A stretch of DNA of 19,547 nt from a virus (Duplodnaviria > Heunggongvirae > Uroviricota > Caudoviricetes). Under the pieces are notes generated by a model, which made no database searches, was not told where the DNA came from, and worked only from the letters and a program-made list of their open reading frames with translations. Within the stretch, counting starts at the first letter, position 1, and every line of letters begins with the position of its first letter. A program made the position numbers and the translations under genes. The stretch lies in the IMG/VR virus record IMGVR_UViG_2574180220_000004. One strand, 5' to 3'. Shown piece by piece: positions 9,775 to 18,074 of this stretch.

Positions 9775-10548
9775 TTAGAACTGTTCATTGCCATCGAGGT
9801 TAGGTAGCATAATTTTTTCAATCAAGGCGAGAGCCTTTTTGTCCCGGTCAGCGAAGTATTTCGGGGCATATTGCGGCAACCAAATATTGTTAAAATGTTC
9901 TTTGAAATCTGCTAAATATTCATTTGGGTACAGCCTTGCAGGGTATACGCGACCATCGGGATATTCATGGTCATAGGTAGGGAATGTTTTGGGTTCTACG
10001 TTTCTATTATCTCTTAACCATTGTGAAAATACTCTTCCTTGTGAAATGTCAGGAACCATTTTTTCTGGGAGTGTGTACCCTGCTTGTTCAAGAGGTGCAA
10101 CCAAGTTGAATGTCAGTTCATTAAGAATAGAAAAGTGCGTGTGAGGAATTCTACTACGATTAACCATGTACCGTTTTAAATGTACAGGCATTTCTGCTGT
10201 AGTTCTTTCCCCTGACATCCATTCACGAACCCATCTTGAAACCTGGACTGCAAATTTGGGCGATAGCCACTGCGCTAGATTAATAGCGATGTCAGGATGC
10301 ACCCATGTCCCTTGGTTTTCAGGTCTTCCACCTTTAAATGATTGAATTAACTCCGATATGGGAATTCCCATATCGCGTGATAATTCGTCAAAAAACTCTT
10401 GAGTAGTTTTGAGTCTAGTGTAATCAGAGAGCAGTTTGCCCGCAGTTCTACACATTGATGTGGCGTTTATGTAACCATCTTTGGCACGTAAATGTATTAT
10501 TTCGCCGTCAATTTCACGAGAAATCAAAGATAATTGAAAGGATGTCAT
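9775..10548 (-). CDS. KilA-N domain protein, 257 aa, with uncharacterised C-terminal half
   Basis: N-terminal ~100 aa carry the KilA-N/APSES-type signature (DGYINATSMCRTAGKLLSDYTRLKTTQEFF...WVHPDIAINLAQW). ATG 10548..10546 with GAGGAA 7 nt upstream. Convergent with the replication operon. Confidence 0.8.
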   Translation of the reverse strand: MTSFQLSLISREIDGEIIHLRAKDGYINATSMCRTAGKLLSDYTRLKTTQEFFDELSRDMGIPISELIQSFKGGRPENQGTWVHPDIAINLAQWLSPKFAVQVSRWVREWMSGERTTAEMPVHLKRYMVNRSRIPHTHFSILNELTFNLVAPLEQAGYTLPEKMVPDISQGRVFSQWLRDNRNVEPKTFPTYDHEYPDGRVYPARLYPNEYLADFKEHFNNIWLPQYAPKYFADRDKKALALIEKIMLPNLDGNEQF

Positions 10549-11070
10549 TGAAAATTCCTCAAGTTGGAGAGTTCTGGAACATTAAGGCGAGGTGGCAGTA
10601 ATGCACCATCTGTAATCTTTTGATACTGACGTAATCGGGCCTGATGTGCAACGCCTTGCAAGTATGTAACTCATTGAAAACGATCATTTTTATCTATTGA
10701 CATCAAATGGCAAACTGTCATTGTGCGGCTATGGCAAGTGGCAAATGCTTATAAATCATATGGATATAAATGGTACAGAAAGAGTTGTTTTCTCTAGGAT
10801 ATGAGTATACGCCCAATGCTGATTGGTTGAATTTTGTTCTTGTTTTAAAGGGTAAGAGTTTAAAGTGTTGGCAGTGATGTATTGGATAGTTAGAATTGCT
10901 GTGGGTGCTTGAGGCTATCTGCCTCGGGCATGAACACCAAAGGTAGATAGAGAAAAGCCCCAGTTAACATTACGCGTCCTGCAAGACGTTTAACATTAAT
11001 CTGAGGCCATATCTATGCGACACATAGAGATTAGCCTCTTACGGACCGAAAGGTCAAGGAGAAGCAGGCT

Positions 11071-11196
11071 ATGAAGCAGCAAAAGGCGATGTTAATCGCC
11101 CTGATCGTCATCTGTTTAACCGTCATAGTGACGGCACTGGTAACGAGGAAAGACCTCTGCGAGGTACGAATCCGAACTGGCAGACGGAGGCTCTGA
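11071..11196 (+). CDS. Hok/Gef-family type I toxin homologue, 41 codons, apparently C-terminally truncated
   Basis: MKQQKAMLIALIVICLTVIVTALVTRKDLCEVRIRTG matches the conserved Hok/Gef N-terminus and transmembrane segment; AAGGAG SD 9 nt upstream. ORF stops after TGRRRL; the family-conserved GQTE is encoded in the +1 frame. Confidence 0.6.
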   Translation: MKQQKAMLIALIVICLTVIVTALVTRKDLCEVRIRTGRRRL

Positions 11197-11278
11197 TTCG
11201 TAGACTACTAATCTGAGTAAAAGACCCAGCGGGGAAAGAACCACGCCGGGACTAGTTAATAAGATATTTATAGCGTGG

Positions 11279-11644
11279 CTATTCTTTTTTTGCGGTATAG
11301 ACTTTTTCGCCTGAGAAGTCTGGAGCTACCCAAAAGTTAATATTAAACTGAGCATCATCGCTTAGTTCAACACGGTGCCAGTATTGTGGTGGGCTTGTTG
11401 CAAAAGCGCCAGCATTAATGACTACTTTTATCTCCGGTTCAGTAGCATTCTCATCAGCAAAACCATAATATGTTACAGTACCTTCCATCACGCATAACTG
11501 TCCAAAAACACCTGCTGCTGTATTATGATGTGTTAATAACGCTGAAGGTACGTTCTCTTTTGTGAAGAACGGAGTTGAGCGTTTGATTACCCAGTCTTTA
11601 GGAATTCTCTTGTGTGTCATAACCACCCCCCATAAAACATGCAT
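11279..11644 (-). CDS. Small cupin-like protein (possibly DUF1971-type), 113-121 aa
   Basis: ORF with two candidate starts (ATG 11644 or ATG 11620, both with SD-like sequence). Family assignment is from memory and uncertain. Confidence 0.6.
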   Translation of the reverse strand: MHVLWGVVMTHKRIPKDWVIKRSTPFFTKENVPSALLTHHNTAAGVFGQLCVMEGTVTYYGFADENATEPEIKVVINAGAFATSPPQYWHRVELSDDAQFNINFWVAPDFSGEKVYTAKKE

Positions 11645-11987
11645 TATAAATGCACCTTTTTGAGGGTTATGTCAAGCTGTTATGAAACACATAATTGATA
11701 TGTTGATTAGAGGAGAAGATAGAATCAATATGGTTGTTTTTCGTATAACTATTTGTTTTACTTTTAGTTTGTGCATTCTGTGTGTTAGGAATAACTTATT
11801 AAAGTTTAACTAAAAAATCTCGATATAGTCCGCATAGATTACTGTTACTGAATCTTATTGTGTGCATTAGTTGTGTTCTGAAATTTCAATTTAATTACTT
11901 ATGATATATTTTTAACGATAAATGTTTTCCGGGTGAAAGACAGTGGGGGATGAGATAAGCAATATATCATTAATCTTGATTATTTCC

Positions 11988-12049
11988 AGGATGCCTTTAC
12001 TGTGCATATAAATAAATCATATACGCATCAAATAATGTAAAGGCATCCT
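11988..12049. repeat. 13-bp perfect inverted repeat (AGGATGCCTTTAC / GTAAAGGCATCCT) with 36-nt AT-rich spacer
   Basis: Arms at 11988-12000 and 12037-12049 read directly; followed by TTTT on the plus strand. Lies inside the AT-rich ORF-free spacer. Confidence 0.55.
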
Positions 12050-12487
12050 TTTAGATATATCTTATCAAATGTTAATGATTTGAGTGGGAAACATGATTCC
12101 AGAAACTAATCATGCGGCTACTTTATAAAAATAATGCCCATATAAAACAGCCAGCGAAAAGGATTACGGATAAAAAAGGAGCGAGATGTGCATAGTTGTT
12201 ATTTTCCATGTTTAACCACCTTAAATAATTGATGATGACGGGATGTGCATCTGTAATGCTTTTGTTGAAATGTTATGATAAAAAAGAACTTTTTCATAAC
12301 ATTAAAATGTAATTTATCTAATCGTTTTTAATAATAAGTGTTGTATTTCTATCCTTGTATCAGCTATTTGATATGTAGTGTTTGTTCATGTTATGTGGAG
12401 CTTTACACCATAGCCAGTTTATTTATACTTTATTCGTCAGCCTGAACAACTGGCATCTGCTGCACTGCGCCATCGAGAGATTGAGAA

Positions 12488-13087
12488 ATGGCGCATATAC
12501 AACTGGTCAAACAAACCTCTTCTGGACTACTTCTCCCGGCGACGCCGGAGAGTTGCGATTTTTTGCATCAAATCAAAATAGGCGAGTGGATACACGCAGA
12601 CTTTAAGCGTGTGCGTAACTACGCATTCCACAAGCGTTTTTTCAAACTCCTGCAACTGGGATTCGATTACTGGACTCCGGTCGGTGGGGCGATCACGCCT
12701 CGCGAACGAAAGCTGGTTTCAGGATTCGTTGATTACCTATGTGAATCAGTAGGCCGGGAACATACGCCAGCTCTGAGCGAAGCCGCAGAGCAATATCTGA
12801 ATACAGTTGCGACACGCAGAACCCGGGATACGGCATTGCTAAAGTCGTTTGAGGCTTTTCGCGAGTGGGTAACCATTCAGGCTGGATTTTACACCGAACA
12901 TTTTTATCCGGACGGTAGCCGCGGGCGTCGGGCAAAATCTATCGCTTTTGCGAATATGGACGAAACCGAGTTTCAGCAGGTTTATAAATCTGTTCTGAAT
13001 GTGCTGTGGAACTGGATTCTGTTCCGTAAATTTTCCTCTCCGGAACAAGTCGAAAATGTGGCCGCGCAGCTGCTGGAGTTTGCGTAA
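12488..13087 (+). CDS. Conserved nin-region phage protein, 199 aa (DUF1367-like, uncertain)
   Basis: ATG at 12488; stop overlaps the next start (TAATG at 13085-13089). Position and operon structure typical of lambdoid nin genes. Confidence 0.7.
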   Translation: MAHIQLVKQTSSGLLLPATPESCDFLHQIKIGEWIHADFKRVRNYAFHKRFFKLLQLGFDYWTPVGGAITPRERKLVSGFVDYLCESVGREHTPALSEAAEQYLNTVATRRTRDTALLKSFEAFREWVTIQAGFYTEHFYPDGSRGRRAKSIAFANMDETEFQQVYKSVLNVLWNWILFRKFSSPEQVENVAAQLLEFA

Positions 13088-13377
13088 TGGTGGATTTACG
13101 TAAAGCGGCGCGGGGGCGGATGTGCACCGTCAGAATTCTTGGCTACTGCAATCACGATCCGGAAACGTCTGTGCTGGCGCATTACCGACTGGCGGGAACG
13201 TGCGGAACAGCGACAAAACCACACGATATGCAGGCGGCGATTGCCTGTAGCTCATGCCACGATTTAATCGACGGGCGGGTAAAAACAAGCGATTACACCA
13301 AAGAAGATTTACGCCTGATGCATGCAGAAGGTGTTTTTCGCACGCAAGAAATCTGGAGAAAGGAAGGTTATTTATGA
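13087..13377 (+). CDS. YbcO-like Cys-rich nin-region protein (DUF1364-type putative nuclease), 96 aa
   Basis: MVDLRKAARGRMCTVRILGYCNHDPETSVLAH...CSSCHD with Cys cluster; resembles recalled DLP12 YbcO. Coupled to both neighbours. Confidence 0.75.
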   Translation: MVDLRKAARGRMCTVRILGYCNHDPETSVLAHYRLAGTCGTATKPHDMQAAIACSSCHDLIDGRVKTSDYTKEDLRLMHAEGVFRTQEIWRKEGYL

Positions 13378-13916
13378 TTTACCCAACAAATACAGGCAAA
13401 AGCGGGGAACACCTTCGTCTCACCACGCTGGAAAGTGTCTGGATTCAGGGAAAACTGCGCATGTGGGGGCGCTGGTCGTATATTGGCGGCGGTAAGACGG
13501 GGAATATGTTCAACCAGTTGTTGGCCTCTAAAAAGCTGACAAAAACGGCAATTAACGAGGCGCTCCGGAGGATGAAAAAAGCAGGTCTGAACAAGTCTGA
13601 ACTTGAGGCTTTTTTGCGGGATATGATTAACGGTAAGCAAAAGAGCTGGCTGGCGCATTGTACTGATGCAGAGGCGTTATGTATTGATCGGGTCATAAGT
13701 GAGGTGCTGGTAGAGCATCCAGGATTGATTAGCGTCCTTCGGCAACGGTATGAGGGGCGGGGGATGACCAAACGCAAAATGGCTGAATTGCTAAATGATG
13801 CACACCCAGAGTGGTGTTTTAGCACATGCGAAAAGCGAATTGCTAATTGGTTGGCCGTTGCTGAGTATGCGCTATACATTCCCATGCGAGAATCATTCGC
13901 TCAAAAAACGGCTTGA
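13374..13916 (+). CDS. Putative late-gene antiterminator Q-like protein, 180 aa
   Basis: Start at ATG 13374 (ATGA overlap with the upstream stop). Last gene before a terminator, the tRNA genes and the lysis cassette. W-G-x-W-rich N-terminal region resembles Q-family proteins as recalled; weak. Confidence 0.5.
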   Translation: MIYPTNTGKSGEHLRLTTLESVWIQGKLRMWGRWSYIGGGKTGNMFNQLLASKKLTKTAINEALRRMKKAGLNKSELEAFLRDMINGKQKSWLAHCTDAEALCIDRVISEVLVEHPGLISVLRQRYEGRGMTKRKMAELLNDAHPEWCFSTCEKRIANWLAVAEYALYIPMRESFAQKTA

Positions 13917-14003
13917 TTTTTTACGCATAAACTGCTTCAATTTTGCTACGCTTCGCAAAGCTGTATCGCGAGGCGAATCAAGCGCAATTAAACTTTAATA
14001 GAA

Positions 14004-14029
14004 CCCGCCATCAAGCGGGTTTTGTTGTT
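14004..14029 (+). terminator. Intrinsic terminator (CCCGC-CATCAA-GCGGG then TTTTGTTGTT)
   Basis: Read directly; about 90 nt downstream of the Q-like stop, compatible with a tR'-like element. Confidence 0.6.
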
Positions 14030-14039
14030 ATTGTGGTGT

Positions 14040-14200
14040 GATATAAGAAACGACATTTAATATTGCCTTCAAAATAAATTTGTTTATATATTGTCGCGTA
14101 TATTTTAAGTGAAGGTGAAATGTTCACATAAAATAAAAATACATAAATAAATTTACATAGCTTGACGCAAAGTGTTGTTGCGATTGGAATATTAAATTGT
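14040..14200 (+). promoter_or_regulatory. AT-rich UP-like region with a TTGACG -35-like hexamer (14162-14167) upstream of the tRNA genes
   Basis: Very AT-rich tract followed by TTGACG; no convincing -10 at canonical spacing could be assigned by eye. Confidence 0.3.
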
Positions 14201-14268
14201 ATCATCGAAAACGGTTCTGAGGGGGAACTCTTCTTTGCTCGGTGATATCGCTCCCCTGAAGAACCAAT

Positions 14269-14344
<76 letters not shown>

Positions 14345-14347
14345 TAT

Positions 14348-14423
<76 letters not shown>

Positions 14424-14428
14424 TTAGA

Positions 14429-14554
14429 GTCTTTCAGTCTGCGATGATGGGAAATCCCGGAGTGACTGAAAGACGTTTAAGTTATGAATGATCGCTTTTT
14501 TTTGCAAAATTGCTGTGCAGAAATACTAACCTTCGGGCAGGCGATCATTCATAA
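14429..14554 (+). repeat. Two perfect inverted repeats with large loops in the tRNA trailer (11 bp at 14429-14439/14464-14474; 14 bp at 14482-14495/14541-14554)
   Basis: Arms read directly and reverse-complemented by hand; loops of 24 and 45 nt. No ORF over 15 codons in this stretch. Confidence 0.55.
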
Positions 14555-14629
14555 GCACTCTGCTTTTATTCCGATTAACTGTGGGTGGTTTGTTGGATAG
14601 AGTGCTTTCCTTACTGTATATATTGTTTC

Positions 14630-14654
14630 GCCCGCTTTTGCGGGCTTTTCTTTT
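14630..14654 (+). terminator. Strong intrinsic terminator (GCCCGC-TTTT-GCGGGC then TTTTCTTTT)
   Basis: Perfect 6-bp GC stem, 4-nt loop and U-tract; about 60 nt upstream of the holin RBS. Confidence 0.8.
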
Positions 14655-14714
14655 CAAATCCCTTTCATTTCTCAGTGTAAAACTAAGCCATCCGTTATTT
14701 GCGGAGGTGAGGCT

Positions 14715-14930
14715 ATGAAATCCATGGACAAAATTTCAACGGGCATTGCCTATGGCACCTCCGCAGGCAGTGCTGGCTACTGGTTTTTACAGTGGCTTGA
14801 TCAGGTCAGTCCGTCACAGTGGGCTGCGATTGGTGTGCTGGGGAGTCTGGTTCTGGGCTTCCTGACTTATCTGACAAATCTGTACTTCAAAATCAGAGAA
14901 GACAAGCGTAAGGCTGCACGGGGAGAGTAA
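14715..14930 (+). CDS. Class II pinholin, phage-21 S type, 71 aa with dual start
   Basis: [28 protein letters not shown]... matches recalled S21; two in-frame starts (ATG 14715 and ATG 14724); GGAGGTGA SD; two transmembrane segments. Confidence 0.9.
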   Translation: MKSMDKISTGIAYGTSAGSAGYWFLQWLDQVSPSQWAAIGVLGSLVLGFLTYLTNLYFKIREDKRKAARGE

Positions 14931-14934
14931 TTCA

Positions 14935-15285
14935 ATGACTCAAAACTATGAACTGATTGTGAAAGGGATCCGCAATTTTGAGAATAAAGTTACGGTAACT
15001 TTAGCGTTACGGGACAAAAAACGCTTTGACGGTGAAATTTTTGACCTGGACATCTCGCTGGACCGTGTTGAAGGTGCCGCGCTGGAGTTTTATGAGGCAG
15101 CAGCCAGAATGAGCATCAGACAGGTCTTCCTGGATGTTGCTGCCGGGTTATGTGAAGGGGATGAGCAGTCGCCGGAAAAGCGCCCCGTAATTTTAGAGGC
15201 GCAGAATGTATGGATAACCTACAAAGGAAAGCTACCGGGAAGAATTACTGGTTCTCTGAAGACTCCTCCGGAATCACAACCTTAA
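14935..15285 (+). CDS. Small protein between holin and endolysin (YdfR/DUF1327-like), 116 aa
   Basis: ATG 14935 with GGGAGAG SD immediately after the holin stop. Resembles the Qin-prophage ydfR position and sequence as recalled. Confidence 0.65.
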   Translation: MTQNYELIVKGIRNFENKVTVTLALRDKKRFDGEIFDLDISLDRVEGAALEFYEAAARMSIRQVFLDVAAGLCEGDEQSPEKRPVILEAQNVWITYKGKLPGRITGSLKTPPESQP

Positions 15286-15348
15286 GTCACTGACCGGAAC
15301 AGATAAACCTGTCCGTGGGCAGAAACCGATAAATCCTGATAAATATCC

Positions 15349-15882
15349 ATGAACGCAAAAATCAGATACGGCCTGTCGGCTGCCGTTCTGGCACTGATTG
15401 CCGTCGGTGCGCCCGCGCCTGATATTCTCGACCAGTTTCTGGATGAAAAAGAAGGTAACCACACAACGGCATACCGCGATGGGTCCGGCATCTGGACCAT
15501 CTGTCGGGGTGCCACGATGGTGGATGGAAAACCCGTTTTTCCCGGTATGAAACTGTCGAAGGAAAAATGCGACCAGGTCAACGCCATTGAGCGTGATAAG
15601 GCGCTGGCATGGGTGGAGCGCAATATTAAAGTACCACTGACCGAGCCACAAAAAGCGGGTATAGCGTCATTCTGTCCCTATAACATTGGCCCCGGTAAGT
15701 GTTTCCCGTCGACGTTTTATAAGCGGCTGAATGCCGGTGATCGTAAGGGCGCATGCGAGGCGATTCGCTGGTGGATAAAAGATGGTGGGCGCGATTGCCG
15801 CATACGTTCAAATAACTGCTATGGACAGGTTATTCGTCGTGACCAGGAAAGCGCATTAGCCTGTTGGGGGATAGAGCAGTGA
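15349..15882 (+). CDS. SAR endolysin (T4-lysozyme-like muramidase, R21 type), 177 aa
   Basis: N-terminal signal-anchor-release segment ([16 protein letters not shown]) followed by the E...D...T catalytic region ([23 protein letters not shown]). Confidence 0.9.
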   Translation: MNAKIRYGLSAAVLALIAVGAPAPDILDQFLDEKEGNHTTAYRDGSGIWTICRGATMVDGKPVFPGMKLSKEKCDQVNAIERDKALAWVERNIKVPLTEPQKAGIASFCPYNIGPGKCFPSTFYKRLNAGDRKGACEAIRWWIKDGGRDCRIRSNNCYGQVIRRDQESALACWGIEQ

Positions 15883-16343
15883 GCAGAGTCGCCGCGATTA
15901 TTTATGCTTTGGTTATCTGCATCATCGTCTGCCTGTCGTGGACGGTCAATCATTACCGTGATAACGCCACCGCCTACAAAGAGCAGCGCGACAAAAATGC
16001 CAGAGAACTGAAGCTGGCGAACGCGGCAATTACTGACATGCAGATGCGTCAGCGTGATGTTGCTGCGCTCGATGCAAAATACACGAAGGAGTTAGCTGAT
16101 GCGAAAGCTGAAAATGATGCTCTGCGTGATGATGTTGCCGCTGGTCGTCGTCGGTTGCACATCAAAGCAGTCTGTCAGTCAGTGCGTGAAGCCACCACCG
16201 CCTCCGGCGTGGATAATGCAGCCTCCCCCCGACTGGCAGACACCGCTGAACGGGATTATTTCACCCTCCGGGAACGACTGGTAATGATGCAGGCCCAACT
16301 TGAAGGTGCTCAGCAATACATAACCGAACAGTGTTTAAAGTAA
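15879..16343 (+). CDS. Rz i-spanin, ~154 aa
   Basis: Start assigned to GTG 15879 overlapping the endolysin stop (GTGA); N-terminal transmembrane segment and coiled-coil-rich periplasmic domain; matches recalled Rz-like sequences. Confidence 0.85.
   Translation: MSRVAAIIYALVICIIVCLSWTVNHYRDNATAYKEQRDKNARELKLANAAITDMQMRQRDVAALDAKYTKELADAKAENDALRDDVAAGRRRLHIKAVCQSVREATTASGVDNAASPRLADTAERDYFTLRERLVMMQAQLEGAQQYITEQCLK
16099..16284 (+). CDS. Rz1 o-spanin lipoprotein embedded in the +1 frame of Rz, 61 aa
   Basis: Signal peptide with lipobox LVVVGC; proline-rich mature part ([15 protein letters not shown]); AAGGAG SD 7 nt upstream. Confidence 0.82.
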   Translation: MRKLKMMLCVMMLPLVVVGCTSKQSVSQCVKPPPPPAWIMQPPPDWQTPLNGIISPSGNDW

Positions 16344-16429
16344 AATCTTAACTACAATATGATTCATTTTGATGATTGTTTCATAAGGAACAGTGAAGTA
16401 AGATCTAAGAGGAGTTAAATTTTATACAG

Positions 16430-16435
16430 TATAAT
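16430..16435 (+). promoter_or_regulatory. Consensus -10 hexamer TATAAT upstream of trkG
   Basis: Perfect TATAAT followed by AAGGTGG SD (16450-16456); no good -35 found by eye. Confidence 0.25.
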
Positions 16436-16480
16436 CATAATATTGCAGCAAGGTGGTTATAATTGAAAGAATATTTAGAT

Positions 16481-17937
16481 ATGAATACATCTCATGTAAG
16501 AGTTGTTACTCATATGTGTGGGTTCCTGGTTTGGCTCTATAGTCTTTCAATGTTGCCACCAATGGTTGTAGCATTGTTTTATAAAGAAAAAAGCCTGTTC
16601 GTTTTCTTTATAACTTTCGTTATATTTTTTGTATTGGTGGCGGAGCGTGGTATACAACTAAGAAATCTGGCATTCAATTACGTACCCGTGATGGGTTTAT
16701 TATAATTGTAATGTTTTGGATTTTGTTTTCTGTTATTAGTGCATTCCCTTTATGGATTGACTCAGAACTTAATTTAACGTTCATTGATGCTCTGTTTGAA
16801 GGGGTTTCTGGAATAACAACAACAGGAGCAACTGTAATTGATGATGTTAGTTCATTACCTCGGGCATATTTGTACTATCGGTCACAGTTAAATTTTATAG
16901 GTGGTTTAGGAGTTATTGTTCTGGCGGTTGCTGTATTGCCATTATTGGGTATTGGTGGTGCAAAGCTTTATCAGTCAGAAATGCCGGGGCCATTTAAGGA
17001 TGACAAACTCACTCCCCGCCTGGCCGATACGTCACGGACACTGTGGATAACTTATTCTTTATTAGGTATTGCTTGTATTGTCTGTTATAGACTTGCAGGA
17101 ATGCCTTTGTTTGATGCTATTTGTCACGGGATTTCCACAGTTTCGCTTGGTGGTTTCTCAACTCATAGCGAGAGTATCGGATATTTTAATAACTATTTGG
17201 TTGAGCTGGTGGCTGGTTCTTTTTCCCTGCTATCGGCTTTCAACTTCACTCTTTGGTATATTGTTATTAGCAGGAAAACGATAAAACCTTTAATCAGAGA
17301 TATTGAACTTCGTTTCTTTCTGTTAATAGCCTTAGGGGTGATCATTGTTACCTCTTTCCAGGTCTGGCATATAGGTATGTATGACTTGCATGGAAGTTTT
17401 ATTCATTCGTTTTTTCTTGCCAGCTCCATGCTCACTGATAATGGTTTAGCTACGCAGGATTATGCAAGCTGGCCCACGCACACGATAGTGTTTTTGCTGT
17501 TGTCAAGTTTCTTTGGGGGATGTATAGGTTCAACTTGTGGTGGAATTAAGTCACTTCGATTTCTTATACTTTTCAAACAAAGCAAACACGAGATAAATCA
17601 GCTTTCTCATCCCAGAGCGTTGTTGAGTGTAAATGTAGGAGGGAAGATAGTTACAGATCGTGTAATGAGGTCTGTATGGAGTTTCTTTTTTCTTTATACT
17701 CTCTTCACGGTGTTTTTTATACTGGTGTTAAATGGTATGGGATATGATTTTCTTACATCATTTGCAACAGTGGCTGCATGTATTAATAATATGGGATTAG
17801 GTTTTGGGGCTACTGCATCGTCATTCGGAGTGCTTAATGACATTGCAAAATATTTAATGTGCATAGCTATGATTCTTGGTCGCCTTGAAATTTATCCTGT
17901 TATTATATTGTTTTCAGGTTTTTTTTGGCGCTCCTAA
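16481..17937 (+). pseudogene. trkG: TrkG-type potassium transporter subunit, reading frame broken by an apparent 1-nt loss in a T-run (16625-16630)
   Basis: The N-terminal 49 residues (MNTSHVRVVTHMCGFLVWLYSL...) are in one frame that stops at 16705; the rest (from about 16630: ...RTRDGFIIIVMFWILFSVIS...GITTTGATV...) continues in the +1 frame as track ORF 16711..17937. Confidence 0.75.
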
Positions 17938-18074
17938 TATATGGCTGATTTATAATTGTGAGTTTAATATTATGTTGACTCACTCATTGATCCAATACCT
18001 AACTTTACCAGCAACACCTCCGCCCCCAGTAGCACTGGCTGCTGGGGTGCGTTTTATTCATAAAGCAAGGATGT

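Noticed and set aside
11682-11813. 43-codon hydrophobic ORF (MKHIIDMLIRGEDRINMVVFRITICFTFSLCILCVRNNLLKFN) in the AT-rich spacer
   Set aside because: AT-rich DNA yields Phe/Ile/Leu/Asn-rich ORFs by chance, and SD spacing is poor. Kept only as a remote possibility for a small membrane toxin.
13445-13885. Minus-strand 146-aa ORF antisense to the Q-like gene
   Set aside because: Embedded in the plus-strand operon with coupled starts; shadow ORF.
14424-14560. Possible third tRNA or tmRNA-like gene downstream of tRNA-Gly
   Set aside because: No T-arm (GTTCGAATC-type) or acceptor-stem pairing could be built; the hairpins are simple inverted repeats.
15274-15811. Minus-strand ORFs antisense to the endolysin and DUF1327-like genes
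   Set aside because: The plus-strand genes have strong family resemblance; the antisense ORFs lack signals.
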